The notes under the pieces are model-generated. The model made no database searches, was not told where the DNA came from, and saw only the letters and a list, made by a program, of their open reading frames with translations. 64,000 bases of DNA from contig CAXHJY010001552.1 in NCBI GenBank assembly GCA_964016885.1, positions 39,810 to 103,809 on the forward strand, given 5' to 3'. Below, piece after piece: positions 28,043 to 42,695 of the stretch. The position numbers and the translations under genes are program-made. The stretch is from Eledone cirrhosa. Taxonomy: Eukaryota. Each line of letters starts with the position of its first letter. Position 1 is the stretch's first letter.

Positions 28043-28280
28043 GAAAATAGAGAAATTAATGTGAGCAAGAAGCCAACAGTATTTCATAATATATAAGTGA
28101 CTATAACGTCAAGATGGAAAATATTTAACGTAAGATATGGGAAAATAATTCAATCTCAATTAAAAAAAAGTTAAGACAGAAATTTTATCCACAGATTTTG
28201 TGTAATCCAGGGAAAAAACCAATAGAGTCTTAACTCAGAATAAAATTAAGGGTAAATACTTATCCTTCAATTTTGAAAAA
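28040..28280. mobile_element. Unclassified dispersed repeat in (TA)n
   Basis: Homologous to 44130-44360 and 45215-45270 (direct) and to 25612-25750 and 13585-13640 (inverted). Confidence 0.6.
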
Positions 28281-28602
28281 TTTACAAATGCTCTATATAG
28301 TCTTTAAAAGACTATTTCACGAAACTTTTCAGTGGGGTTAGTCACGGTTGGAATCGTTCATCTATATATATATATATATTTACAGGGTGAGTCACAGTCC
28401 AACATTTATAATTCCAACATTAATACAGTGGAACCTCAGTTCACGGACAAATTTTCCGAACATTGTAGCGATTTGGTTCACGAATGGTGCTCGAGTAACG
28501 AACACACAAGCCGGCAACAACAGTTGGCGACAAGCTGGGAGTATCGGCGAGAAAGTGTCACTGTGTAGTTAGTTACTATGGTCATATCTATCGGTCTCAT
28601 AC

Positions 28603-28675
<73 letters not shown>

Positions 28676-29152
28676 ATTTCGTATGGGGAAAATAGTTTCA
28701 ACGGTATTTACATTTCTCCATGCCTATATAACATTCCTTTGGTTTCAATACTAACAGTAAAATAGGCTTTACTAGAGACTATTGTTGTTGGTGTTAAACT
28801 AACAAGGGAACATGTCTACCACTCTTTGGGGTCAGGCCGGGAATGAACCCGGAATCTAAAAAGCCGGATCAGATGCCTTGCTATATGTGTTCGGGCTCTT
28901 TACATTTTAAATTAAATCCCGGTATATTTGGGTGATAGACTGAATCTGGTACCCGGTTTAGCACAGCTTCTGGTCCTTGGGTGGTAGATTTCATCTACTG
29001 AATTTTAATTTCCCCTGACTAAACAGTAACACAAAAGGTACCCCTAGTTTGTGCTGATGATGGTGGTGACAGAGATTGGGGTAGTATCTCCTGTCGTAGT
29101 TACTCAAGACAACAATGAGAGGACGAACCGCCGGGTATCTCCACCACACGAT

Positions 29153-29545
29153 CATGAAGGCCCCTTAACCACATGAAGGCCCCTTAACCACATGAAGGCC
29201 GCTTAACCACATGAAGGCCCCTTAACCACATGAAGCCCCCTTAACCACATGAAGGCCCCTTAACCACGTGAAGGCCCCTTAACCACGTGAAGGCCCCTTA
29301 ACCACACGAAGGCCCCTTAACCACATGAAGGCCCCTTAACCACATGAAGCCCCCTTAATCACATGAAGGCCCCTTAACCACACAAAGAACCCTAAACCAC
29401 ACGAAGCCCCCTTAACCACGTGAAGGCCCCTTAACCACACAAAGGCCCCTTAACCGCGTGAAGGCCCCTTAACTACATGAAGCCGCCTTAACCACATGAA
29501 GGCCCCTTAACTACATGAAGGCCCCTTAACCACGTGAAGGCCCCA
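29153..29545. repeat. 19-bp minisatellite (CATGAAGGCCCCTTAACCA)n, ~20 copies
   Basis: Direct reading. Confidence 0.95.
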
Positions 29546-29765
29546 CTAAGCCACGTAGCCTCACAACAACGTATCAATGACGATATTACCATAAATTAAG
29601 AGGACCTAAAACTCGAAATATAAATTATAAAGTTATAAAGATTAATTCAATGGTCTCTAATTTATATTATTTGGAATATGAATCTTGTGGAGTTTTATGT
29701 GAATGGATTGGGTTTCATTAAATTGACAGAAACTATTAAACTGAGGTGGCTTTTACTGAACCACC

Positions 29766-29818
<53 letters not shown>

Positions 29819-29867
29819 TCTCTCCTCTCCCTCTCTCTCTCTATATATATATGTATATATCTATATA

Positions 29868-29918
<51 letters not shown>

Positions 29919-29966
29919 GTATATATATATATATATATATATATACGTATATATATATATATATAC

Positions 29967-30059
<93 letters not shown>

Positions 30060-30082
30060 AATATATATATATATATATATAT

Positions 30083-30120
<38 letters not shown>

Positions 30121-30208
30121 ATATACATATATTATATATTTACACACACACGCACATATATATAATGAAGAAGTATACATATCTCTACACGAGTATAGGT
30201 ACAAGTAT

Positions 30209-30816
30209 GGTGGCTGCCAACTCGTTTTCGAGTACGGCCACTACTTTATATCCATGTAGGAGAACCCCTACTGATGCGCTGAACGAGTGTGACTTTTTAG
30301 TCCAGCCAGCGACTTGAAAACTTTGGTACAAACACTACACTTGTGACAATTACTGACACATAGTGCAGGGCCCATGGTACCCTGTGATGACAAGTGCAGA
30401 GAGATCTCCAGATATAAAGCAATGCCTGTGCCGTGAAGCTTTTATAGTGAGCAAAGGCACTGCACAAAGCCAGTCCCACTCTCTTAACCAAGATGATATT
30501 TACCAAAAAGAAGAACAAGTCAACATCATTGGATACCATCAGGGTTGCAGGTGTTATATCAGAGTTTTCCTTCTCCTAGAATTCTGCCTTGACAAAGGCT
30601 AAGGGGTCATCTCTCCTGGTGGTTTTGGATGGCCATTGACTCTTAAGAGCTCCTTTGCCCTTTGACAGGTTTTGTTTTTAGTCCTGCAGGATGTCCAAAT
30701 CACCCTCCTCACCAAGAAACCTTGGCGGGGTTGCCAGTTTAGTCGCCAACGACCCGACCATGGGACAGGTTGTACTGGGATACATGTTACCAGTAGCACC
30801 AACTGGTGACCTGACC
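30209..30816 (-). mobile_element. ~606-bp bipartite RTE-derived non-autonomous retroelement with 12-bp TSD
   Basis: TSD AGGTACAAGTAT at 30197-30208 and 30817-30828; RTE-5'UTR-like GGAGAAGGAAAACTCTGAT; 3' C2H2 remnant. Confidence 0.75.
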
Positions 30817-31156
30817 AGGTACAAGTATACATACATACATACATACATACACACATATATACATAGATACACACATACATACATACATACACACATAGAC
30901 ACATACATACATACATACATACATACACACATGCATACATACATACATACACACATGCATACATACATACACACATACACACATACATACATACACATAC
31001 ATACATACATACATACATACATACATACACACATACATACATACACACATACATACACACATACATACACACACACATACATACACACACACATACATAG
31101 ATACATACATACACACATACATACATACATACATACATACATACATACATACATAC

Positions 31157-32336
31157 TCGAAAACTTCTCAGTGTTACTGGGAACTTTAACATCAATGGTG
31201 ATGTGGATAGGCTATACTTCTCACGCAAGGAAGGTGGCCGGGGTCTAAAATCAATATTAACAACATATGAGACCCGGATAGTGACACTGAAGCAACACCT
31301 TCAACAGAGGAAAAAGGTTGGCAACCATCTTGCCCAGGTTTATGACCATGAAAAAAGAAATATCATTAGAATAGCGACTGATCTGGAGGAGAGATATGGA
31401 ATAAAGCCTGATATAAATCTCTCACCCAGAGAAATCGGAAGATCCTATTCAATGTTCAAACAAGATAAAAAAATTGACCAATTTACAGAAAAAGTTGTGC
31501 ATGGATACTTGAGGCGTAAAACACAGACCATAGAGGGGATAAACCACTCAAAAAGCCTGGCATGGAGTTCCGACAAGTTTATGACATCACACCTTGCGGG
31601 ATATCTCTATGCAATACAGGAACAAGAACTCCCTACCAAATATCTGCTGCACAAAAGAGGAGGGCCAGCAGCTGACAATAAATGTAGGCTATGTAAAACA
31701 AAGATCGAGGATGTAAGCCACATTGTTGCCAGCTGCGAAAGAATGTCATCTCGCTACTACCTCCCCATGAGACACGATGGGATAGCTAGAACCATCTGGA
31801 ACGCACTTCGGAAAACAAAATTAACAACAAACGAGGAAGAATATATTGAGACAGATGGCACTAAGGAATACTGGTGGAACCTGAAAATAAAAACTGCCAC
31901 CAAATTAAAGCACAACCGGCCTGATATTGTAGTTTGGGACCACACATTGAAAACGTGTTCTGTTGTGGAGATCAGCTGCCCACTTGATGTAAACGTTGTC
32001 AGAAAAATACAGGAGAAGGAGGACATCTACGGACCATTGATGAGGAGTTTACAAATCCAGTATCCAAGATACACCTTTAGCTTCATACCCATCATTATTG
32101 GTGCTACGGGTTATATACCAACCCGCTTGGACCAAAGTATGACTGAACTTGGATTTGTGGACAAAAAGCGCAGCTCCCTAATTCATAGTCTACAAATGGC
32201 TGCGATAGCTGGCACCTTCAAAATTTGCAAAACATTCTTGCGATTCAAGGGATGACAATTTCTTTTCTTTTACAACCTTGCCACCAGGAAGGTGGCCGGT
32301 CAAAAAAATATACTCGAAATTAAGAGAAAGAGAAAA
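31157..32336 (+). mobile_element. 5'-truncated R4/Dong-like non-LTR retrotransposon in (TACA)n
   Basis: Open ORF C-terminus plus ~80-bp 3' UTR, flanked on both sides by (TACA)n. Confidence 0.85.
31158..32255 (+). CDS. C-terminus of RLE retrotransposon protein: post-RT region, CCHC knuckle, restriction-like endonuclease (no start codon)
   Basis: RKLL...DRLYFSRKEGGRGL, AIQEQ, CRLC-x8-H-x4-C, RHD, RPDIVVWD...E, EKEDIY, PIIIGATG. Confidence 0.88.
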   Translation, partial: RKLLSVTGNFNINGDVDRLYFSRKEGGRGLKSILTTYETRIVTLKQHLQQRKKVGNHLAQVYDHEKRNIIRIATDLEERYGIKPDINLSPREIGRSYSMFKQDKKIDQFTEKVVHGYLRRKTQTIEGINHSKSLAWSSDKFMTSHLAGYLYAIQEQELPTKYLLHKRGGPAADNKCRLCKTKIEDVSHIVASCERMSSRYYLPMRHDGIARTIWNALRKTKLTTNEEEYIETDGTKEYWWNLKIKTATKLKHNRPDIVVWDHTLKTCSVVEISCPLDVNVVRKIQEKEDIYGPLMRSLQIQYPRYTFSFIPIIIGATGYIPTRLDQSMTELGFVDKKRSSLIHSLQMAAIAGTFKICKTFLRFKG

Positions 32337-32491
32337 CATACATACATACACACACATACATGCATAGATACATACATACACACATGCATACATACATACA
32401 CACATACACACATACATACATACATACACACACACATACATACACATAATACATACATACACACATACATACATACATACACATACACATA

Positions 32492-33870
32492 TAGTCAGTC
32501 AAAGCGATCAGTCGCATATTTTGGTGTGGGAGACTATTTATTAAATTTAAGATGAATACTATCTCCGACAGTAATGCCACAACTACAGTCAGGTTGAATA
32601 ACTGGGTATTCTTCTAACTATATCTACTGAAGACACCTTTTATTCAAATTCGTAGAGATATCCGACTAAATACATAATTCATTCTACAAGGATTTGCTAC
32701 AAACAGCATGGCTGAACACAACATCAACAACAAAATTAAGGAAGTATCGAGGACAAATAACAAAGAAGGTAATCAAACTTTATTCAGTTGTAGCTACCGA
32801 AGAAACCGAAATTATAAATCGCATTTCTCTTGGGGTTGCGAACTTAATAGTGATTTATTTAATTGTTATAAAAGGGCAAAAAACAATCCCTCCATTGTCT
32901 ATATGAACAGAATGAAGCTACACTGGGACGAAATACACCCAGAGCTAAATTATTTCACAGCGAAACAATTATGCCAACAAGCGACGTTTGTTGAACGTAA
33001 AAATAAGATAAATATTATTAATTGTAAGTCCCTCACAACAAATATGTGATCAACAACACGTGCTACAGGTCGCCATGTTACTAGACTTCCTAGCAGCCAG
33101 GTCGAACAGCGCCTTGAAACAACTACGCCTGTAAGAAACTTGACACCACGTGTACCATCTAAGTCTACCTCGAATGCTGGGGAAAACACTATCGATAATA
33201 ATAATAATCGAAGAAATTTGACACCACGTGTACCATCCAAGTCTACCTCGACTGTTGTGGAAAATACTATCGATAATGATAATCAAAAGTATAAACAATT
33301 GAAAATTTCCCTCAACGAAATCTTCCAGAGAGAAATTAACTCACGTATAAATATCTCTCTTGCTGAACGTATTAAAACAACAATATTTAATAAAAAACCA
33401 AATAATGAAATATTACGTGTTATTGGCGAAATAGGGGATGAATATTTACCCCAACATTTTGGCAAATCAACGCCTGTTTATATGTCTTAGCAACGACAGT
33501 GAAGCATTATCTTGGTGATAGCAGAGATATTAACAAGAACAAAACACCACCAAAAATACCATCATATATGACTAAAATAGAAAAAAAAATTGCCGATCTA
33601 CGAAAAACAGGATATGTGACAATGCTCCTTACATGCAAACAAACACACAAAAAACCTCACCCCTCACCAACAAAGAGTGAAAAATAAAATAGAGACGATG
33701 TTTGGTAACAGTAGAACCAGAACTCTTCAATATAAGCTGATCACCCTCAAACAAGAATTGAGATCTGTCAGCGAAAAACGCCGATACCTGAAGTAGGTAG
33801 ATGAGAGAAAAGTGCTTAATAAAAGATTCAGACGAAACCAAACATCAGTCTATAGAGATATGAAGGGCAA
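32492..33870 (+). pseudogene. Degenerate 5' UTR and N-terminal ORF of a second R4/Dong-like copy
   Basis: W...NSDLFNCYKRAK...YMNRMKLHWDEIHP...KQLCQQA; KIEKKIADLRK; LNKRFRRNQTSVYRDMKG; frameshifts and stops; internal ~78-bp duplication 33130-33280. Confidence 0.65.
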
Positions 33871-34154
33871 AATTTCCAGCGGTGGTTTGTGCCCCCAGGG
33901 AAACCCTTGATTAAAATGAAATATACTTATCCAAGTACCCTGGGCAATGTAGTTTGAGAATATATATGGTTATGGGGGTCTATCTCCAAAACCATTGGAG
34001 GAGTTCGTGAACAAACAAACAGACAGGAACTACAACCAAAGTCAGTAGAAGTTGGACCCTCTGTATGTATGTATGTATGTATGTGTGTATGTATATATGT
34101 ATGTATGTATGTGTGTATATATGTATGTATGTGTGTATGTATGTATGTGTGTAT

Positions 34155-34462
34155 GTTCTTCTTTTTGGTAAATATCATCTTGGTTAAGAGAGTGGGACTG
34201 GCTTTGTGCAGTGCCTTTGCTCACTATAAAAGCTTCACGACACAGGCATTGCTTTATATCTGGAGATCTCTCTGCACTTGTCGTCACATGGTACCATGGG
34301 CCCAGCACTATGTGTCAATAATTGTCACAAGTGTAGTGTTTGTACCAGAGTTTTCAAGTTGCTGGCTGGACTAAAAAGTCACACTCGTTCAGCGCATCAG
34401 TAGGGGTTCTCCTACATGGATATAAAGTAGTGGCCGTACTCGAAAACGAGTTGGCAGCCACC
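34155..34462 (+). mobile_element. 5'-truncated copy of the RTE-derived element
   Basis: Matches the 3' half of 62668-63273. Confidence 0.8.
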
Positions 34463-34800
34463 ATGTGTGTTTGTATGTATGTATATATGTATGTGTGTAT
34501 GTATGTGTGTATGTATGTATGTGTGTGTGTATGTATGTATGTATATATGTATGTATGTATGTGTGTGTGTATGTGTATGTATGTATGTATATATACATAC
34601 ATAGTTGAAAAGAACAAACAAAACGCAGGAGGCTGTACACAGCTGTATTAGGTTCACGCTTGGTGAAAGTGGAGGACGTTTCAACGCTTCGGACTTAGGT
34701 CCTTCATCAAGAAAGTTAAGATAGGCGGAGAACAGGAACTCCGAAAGGGAGTAAGGAGGGGGCTTTACAAGAAAAGAGCACAATATGAAGGGAAAAATAA

Positions 34801-34840
<40 letters not shown>

Positions 34841-34850
34841 ATGCGTGCGC

Positions 34851-34920
<70 letters not shown>

Positions 34921-35429
34921 GTGTCTGTGTTTGTGTGTATATATATATATATATATAATACGATATTAAATAAATGGAAACTATATTTATAAAACCATAT
35001 TTATTTCATTATACATATTTCAGGGATACCAAATTAAAATATGGTATGCCTTCATCAGACAAAATACAATATATAAACAGTTTTATAAATAATTTTGACA
35101 TACCCTATTAAATGCAACCATTATTTTTGGAAGCTGTCTGGATAGTGAGATGTTTATAATTATTTTATTAGTTATAGTGTTAAGCACAGTTAGAAAAAGA
35201 CGGAGAGAAAGAAAAAAAAAATATATATATATATATATATAAATATATATATTATATGAACGAAAATGTCTGTCCGTATTCAGGCGATGCATTTCCTCAC
35301 TTTCCATCCGATTTTTTACAGATAATGTAGCGCTCACGGCGACGTTGGAGAGAATAAAATTGAGCTTTTCTAAACTCCAATAGTCAAGGCCTGTCATGCC
35401 ATCTATCTTTTTTGTAAAAAAAAAAAAAT

Positions 35430-37290
35430 AGCTACCACATCAAGACGTAAATTATCCGCGTATTGTTCGTACTATCCGTTAGGGTATAATGTGGGGCTGT
35501 AATACAGGAAAGTGTTATGCAATTTGTGTTTACAAGCCGAAATTGCCTCAGATATTTTGTTTAAGATGTGGTCATTGGCGTAGAGTATTTCCAGGGCTTC
35601 AGCGGCGCAAAGATCGCACGGTCTTTTATTTCCGTTATACGATCTAGCTTTAGCTAGGATCTCCCAGTGTAACCTATATTGGGCGTGGTTGTCTTTTAGA
35701 CTCCAGATATAAGCTTAAAGTGACGTCATATTCCTTCCTAAATGGTTAAGAAAAGAATGCGTGTGCATGTAATGACGCTGCTTGAATCTACTGGCGGTTA
35801 ACCCTTTGTAGGACCTGTGGGACGTGGGTGTGTCGACCTTACATTTGTAGACAATGTTACTAGAGCGGCATTTCCCGGATAGAGGGCAGTCCACCCGATT
35901 CCTACAGTTACAGTTAGTACTAGCTACAGGGATGCACGTGTTCCTACGGCTAGGTAATTTAGCTAAATTTGAAGCAGTGATATTATGTGCAAAGTTATGA
36001 GTCGTGGAGTAAGATATTTTAACGGTGTTTCTATTTAAAATGTTATTACATTTGTGTGCTGAGGGGAAATGCTTCTTAATTAGGGAGAGAAAGATCTTAG
36101 CTAATGGTGTGGCCACCTCCATGTTATATGGGGGGTTATACCATCTAATACGTCGGGATCTATCTATTTTTTCTAGGTGTATGCTCATACTTAGTATATG
36201 CTACCTTAACGACAAATCCGCTCCGAGCAAGAGCTTCATTGTAATATGTGGAATGGTCGGTGAAAATATGCTCGTTTGTAGATAGACGGGAAAACCTCAA
36301 AGAAGCGTTTCTTACCAGGTTCTTGGTTATTCTGGCAGGGTGGTTAGAATGCTTACTGATGTAATTAAGCGTCTCATTCGGCTTTCTGTACGGGTAGTGC
36401 AAGCCATTCGACAAATTGAGGCTAACGTCGAGGTAGTTTACGACCTAGAGGTTGACCTCAACCTGTATAGAGAGGTTGAAGCCTTTAAAGAAAGCTGTGA
36501 GTTCTTTTCTAAACCTGTCGCAAACGCGGAGGCCGCACTTGGTCATGGTAAAAAGACTGTCATCGCGGTACAAACCACCACCCACGTTGGGGAATTCGTC
36601 CTTGATAGAGGACAGAAGGAAAAGGCTGATAAGATCTGTAACCTCCACCAAATCGCTGGCGCCGATACTCACGTCGAATGGTGTACTATTAGATTTTTTT
36701 TATCCAAACAGAGTCGTCGAAATTAATCACCGACTTGTGGGCATTGAGGATGACATCAACTTCGAAATCCTTAACCACTGTGAGCGTTTTAGCGAAATTG
36801 ATAGCTCTAAGAAGTGGTAAAGTGATGGCGGAGTAGTAGTTATTGATGTCGAATTGAATAAAACGGCAATGTTCCTTGTTGCATATGACATTGAACCATT
36901 CAATCACCGCGAAAGAATTATTCCACAGTGTAAGAGGGGCCAAGCTTCTAATTTCAGGTATAATTCTATCTAAAATTCGTTTACTAAGTCTACATAAACC
37001 AAACTTCGTAGGGTTAATTAGCCGAATAGAAAGGTTGTTAGCGAAAATGGGTTTGTAATCGTCCAGGGTAAAGTGGGGAACGACGTATTATCTTCGTTTT
37101 TTTTCCATTCATTGCCAGGGAACGTCTTCACGAACCAAAGTATCGTCTTCCTCTTTTCCTTCGCTTGCAACGTTTTTCGAAATATTTACTTTTGCATTCA
37201 CAGATTGATCTTTTTTTAGTGTCAGAAGATCCCGTTAAGGGTGAAAGCAGCGATTCTTTGCTTAAACTTTAATCTGTTATTTTAATAAAT
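35430..37290 (-). mobile_element. Penelope-like element, 5'-truncated, with inverted terminal-repeat fragment at the truncation (37080-37290)
   Basis: RT and GIY-YIG remnants; 37080-37290(+) matches the 3' end of the second copy (45955-46155, -). Confidence 0.85.
35474..37058 (-). pseudogene. Frameshifted PLE reverse transcriptase + C-terminal GIY-YIG endonuclease
   Basis: RLINP, FIQFDINNYY (motif A), FDVSIGASD..EV (B), LYRDD (C), PYRKPN, SNHP, WYNPPY, CNCR..CPL.GKC, IVYKC..YKGLT..FKQR. Confidence 0.85.
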
Positions 37291-37428
37291 ATTTGCTCTA
37301 GGGTTCTTATAAGGATAAATATATTTGATATATATTTATCCTTATCGAGCCCTTTTGGGATTTTAGTCTGCGCATTTATTATAACTCTATATATATGTGT
37401 GTATGTATGTATATATGTATGTATATAT

Positions 37429-37942
37429 GTCGGGTCACTCTAGAGTGCTGCTGGTAACATGTAACCCAGTACAACCTGTCGCATGGTGGGTGGTCGGCGT
37501 CTAAGCCGGCAACCCCACCAAGTGAGGAGGGTGATTTTGGACACCCTGCAGGACAAAAAACAAAACCTGACAAAGGGCGGAAAAACTCATAAGGGTCAAC
37601 GGCCTTGTATGTATATACACATGTACATATGTATGTATATGTATATGTGTATATACATGGGTGTATGTATATACGCGTAGACATAGAAATAGTCGGGCTG
37701 AACACCCGATCGCGTGGTTAAACCACTGGGAGTGAAGGACCCCTAGCCTTTGTCAGGGCATTCTTCTAGGAAACTCAGGAAACTGGATTAACTCCGATAT
37801 AAAACCTGCGGCTCAGTAGTTACCGATGATGTTGATCTTTTCTTCTTTTCAGGTTATAGCTACTGTCACTCAGAGAGTGGGATTGGCTCAGTGCACAGTC
37901 TTTCCTCACTTTAAAAAATATCTTCACGCACAGGCATTGCAC
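37429..37942 (+). mobile_element. Diverged relative of the RTE-derived 5' region, interrupted by a microsatellite
   Basis: GGTAACATGTAACCCAGTACAACCTGTC...GGCAACCCCACCAAG...CCCCTAGCCTTTGTCA...GAGAGTGGGA...CACAGGCATTGC. Confidence 0.7.
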
Positions 37943-38022
37943 GGTAGAATTAATTAATAATTATTAATAATGTATATCGTGCAATGGCCATACTCTATAA
38001 CGAGGGGGCAGCCATCATGTAA

Positions 38023-38059
<37 letters not shown>

Positions 38060-38068
<9 letters not shown>

Positions 38069-38310
38069 GTGAGGTATTTTTTTACAAAATGAAAAATAAC
38101 CGAGGTGTCCTACACGAGTGAAAGTATAAAGAAAAAGAGATGAAATCGAAAATGCAACTGGAGTCTTATTCTTTGTTTTTAAATATATATATTTATTTGG
38201 TTCCTTTACCGGTTTCGCAGTTCTTCTGCTTTTCAAAAGGTGAGTTGAGATGGAGGGTCTGTGGTTTTTCTCACATCTGGTTGGTCTCTGAATGTTACTT
38301 GTTTTATATG
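38060..38310 (-). mobile_element. Element with U3-A8 variant hammerhead (38203-38240); second copy 44970-45205
   Basis: Minus: CCTT-TTGAAAA-GCAG/CTGC-GAAA-CCGG-TA-AAGG. Confidence 0.7.
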
Positions 38311-39566
38311 GAAAAAGTGGCTCGAAATGCCAGGTTTTTCGAGAAGTAATTTGATTGGTTTGTCAATAATTATAATAAATTTCACGCCAGTTCGCGTTAC
38401 AATAGTTCTTCAAATAAGAGGTGGGGGGTGTTTGTCACAGGTTGTTTTTTCATATATGAGTGTTTGAATTTCTTTTTACTTGAAAAAAGGGCCTCACGAA
38501 GGCTTTTTGGGGGTTGGTTATATATATATATATATAGTTGGTTGGTTATATATATATATATAGTGAAAAATAGAACGGGAACAAAACAGAGAGGCAGTAC
38601 GAACAAAGGTTTATTAGTTTCACGCTCTTGAGAGTGGGGGGGGGGGCGTTTCGGGCATAAGCCCTTCTTCAGGCGAAAAATCGGTGGGAAGAGAGTTCCG
38701 AGGGTCCGAGGGTGTGTAGGGGAGTGGAGGAGAGACATTTAGAAAAAAAGGGGGGTAAACAGTGGAAGGGGTACAAATAAAAATAAACATGAAGATAAAC
38801 GAGTGGTGGAAGCGTGCGGGGCGTGTAGGGATGGTGGAGAGTGGAGTGGGGAGAGGGAGGCGGGGTGTCCGAGCGGGGAGGGCTGAAAGTGGTGTGTGGG
38901 CTGAGGGCTGAGTGTGTATATATGTGGGGGTACGCACGTGTGTGTGGTGTTTATACGTTTTGTGGATGTAGGTGGCGTGGTTCGAAAAAAATTGTTTTGA
39001 GTGTATGTCCGTGGGTAAGTTCCTAAGGTAGTTCCGTAGAAGGTGTGGTGAGCTGCCGGATATTTTTCCATATGATGGAGTAGATAGTGGGATAGTGGGA
39101 ACGGTATCTCGAATTAGTACCATAGAACAACAATTATATTGTAGACACCCTATATATCTCAGTGTGTACTTAGTGCTCAATGAGATATTTACCTCATTTT
39201 TATATATTCTCCAATCTATGTAGAGAAAAAATTCGTTGTTGCTTACTGCTACTTTTTTAGTAGCCAAGCCATCAACAAGTCTATAATATTCCCGCTTGCT
39301 CTAGTGGCCAGGTCACGTACGGGTCACTTTAACGGCTATAGTCCATACGTGCTGGTAGTTAGCATTATATTTGCTGACCGTGGGACAAATGTCCTATAGA
39401 ATGGAAATAGCTATCTGAAGAAATCTACTTTCCGTTGGAAATTCTCCGAATTTCTAATCTTTTGTAAATGGAAACCGCCGGTAATAGCATTGTGAACAGG
39501 TAGATATTTAAATTATTTTTTAATTTATTTAAAGGATTGTTTAATGTTTGTTTGTTCTGCTCATCA

Positions 39567-39622
<56 letters not shown>

Positions 39623-39809
39623 ATGTGTGTGTGTGTATGTGTGTGTGTATGTGTGTGTGTATGTGTGTGTGTGTGTGTGTATGTGTGTGTGTATGTGTGT
39701 GTGTGTGTGTGTATGTGTGTGTGTATGTGTGTGTGTATGTGTGTGTGTGTATGTTGAACTCAGGTAACGTAAGCCAGTGTCTCAGTAACAAGACATTGAA
39801 TACCGACTG

Positions 39810-42695
39810 CTACAACAACCACCACAACACTAACACCACAACACTACCACTACAACCATTGCCATCACTGCCACCACTACCACCACCACCACTACCACCC
39901 CAACCACTGCCAACACTACCATCACCACCACTACCACCACTACCACCACTTCCACTGCCAACACTAGCCACACTACCACCACAACCACTTCTAACACTAC
40001 CACCACCACCACCACTACCACCACTTCCACTGCCAACACTACCAACACTACCACGACCACCACCACCACCACTACCACCACTTCCACTGCCAACACTACC
40101 AACACTACCACCACCACCACCACCACCACTACCACCACTTCCACTACCAACACTACCACCACCACCACCACCACCACTACCACTGCCAACACTACCAACA
40201 CTACCACCACCACCACCACCACCACTACCAACACTACCAACACTACCACCACTACCAACATTACTACCACCATCACTGCCAACTCTACTACCGCCACAAC
40301 TACCAACACTACCACTACCACTACAACCACTACCACCACTACCACCACTACCACTACTACCACTACCACCACTACCACCACTACCACTACCACTACCACT
40401 ACCACCACTACCACCACTACCACCACTACCACTACCACCACTACCACCACTACTACCACTACCACCAGAACCACTACCACTACCAACCACTACTACCACT
40501 ACCAACACTACCACTACCACCACCACCACTACCACCACCACCACTAGCTCCACTACCACCGGAACCACTACAACTACCAACCACTACCACCACTACCACC
40601 ACTTCCACCACTACCACCACTACCACTACCAACTACTACCACCACCACAACTACCACCACCACCACCTCTACCACCACCACCGCTGCCAACACTACTACC
40701 ACTACCACTACCAACACTACCACCACCACCACTACCACCACAACCACTTCTAACACTACCACCGCCACCACTGCCAACATTACAACCACAACCACCAACA
40801 CTACCACCGCAACCACTACCACTACCACCACTACCACCACTACTACCACTACCACCAGAACCACTACCACTACCAACCACTACTACCACTACCACCACTA
40901 CCAACACTACCACCACTATCACCACAAACACTACCACTACCACCACTACCAACTCGACCACCACCATCACTACCACTACCACCACTACCAACACTACTAC
41001 CGCCACCAACGCACCACTACCAACCCTACCACCACTACGAACACTACCACTACCACCACCACCACTACAACCACTACTACCACTACCACCAGAACCACTA
41101 CCACTATCAACCACTACTACCACTACCAACACTACCACTACTACCACCAGAACCACTACCACTACCACACTACCAACATTACCACTATCACCACCACCAC
41201 CACCACCACCACTAGCTCTACTACCAGCAGAACCACTACAACTGCCAACTACTACCACCACCACCACCACCACTACCACCACCACCACTACCACCACCAC
41301 CACTACCACCACTACCAACTACTACTACCACCACCACCACCACTACCACCACTACCAACTACTACCACCACCACCACCACCACTACCACCACCACCACTA
41401 CCACCACCACCACCACCACCACTACCACCACTACCAACTACTACCACCACCACCACCACCACTACCACCACTACCACTACCAACTACTACCACCACCACC
41501 ACCACCACTACCACCACCACCACCACCACCACTACCACCACCACCACCACCACCACTACCACCACTACCACTACCAACCACTACCACCACCACCACCACC
41601 ACTACCACCACCACCACCACCACCACTACCACCACTACCACTACCACCACTACCACCACCACCACCACCACTACCACCACCACCACCACCACCACTACCA
41701 CCACTACCAACTACTACCACCACCACCACTACCACTACCACCACTACCACCACCACTACTTCCACTACCACCACTACCACCACTACCACCACTACCACTA
41801 CCACCACTACCACTACCACCACTACCACCACCACCACCACCACTACCACCACCACCACCACCACCACTACCACCACTACCAACTACTACCACCACCACCA
41901 CTACCACTACCACCACTACCACCACCACTACTTCCACTACCACCACCACCACCACTACCACTACCAACTACTACCACCACCACCACCACCACCACTACCA
42001 CCACCACCACTACCACCACCACCACCACCACCACTACCACCACTACCAACTACTACCACCACCACCACCACCACTACCACCACTACCACTACCAACCACT
42101 ACCACTACTTCCACTACCACCACCACCACCACTACCACCACTACCAACACTACCACCACTACCACCACCACCACTACTACCACTACCACCACTACCACTA
42201 CCAACCACTACCACTACTTCCACTACCACCACTACCAACACTACCACCACTACCAACACTACCACCACTACCACCACCACCACTACTACCACTACCAACC
42301 ACTACCACTACCACCACTACCACCACTACCACTACCACCACTACCACCACTACCACTACCACCACCACCACCACCACTACCACTACCACCACCACCACCA
42401 CCACCACCACCACTACCACCACCACCACTACCACCACTACCACCACTACCACCACCACCACCACCACCACTACCAACCACCACCACTACCACCACTACCA
42501 CCACTACCACTACCAACACTACCACCACCACCACCACCACTACCACCACTACCACCACTACCACTACCAACACTACCACCACTACCAACTACCACTACCA
42601 CCACTACCACCACTACCACTACCACCACTACCACCACTACCACCACTACCACCACTACCACTACCACCACTACCACTACTTCCACTACCACCAGA
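39810..42695. repeat. 2.9-kb (CCA/CTA)n trinucleotide tract
   Basis: Direct reading; source of the poly-P/T/H ORF. Confidence 0.95.

Noticed and set aside
28381-28600. TACAGGGTG and TACAGTGGAACCTC Tc1/pogo-like termini
   Set aside because: No matching second terminal inverted repeat found
34672-34716. Hammerhead-like motif (also ~14510-14550)
   Set aside because: Core mutated without compensation (TTGATGA with GAAG; CCGAAGA); likely relics, not counted as ribozymes
38620-39267. 215-aa ORF containing YIG upstream of a partial HHR
   Set aside because: No other GIY-YIG or RT motifs recognisable; low-complexity C-terminal half
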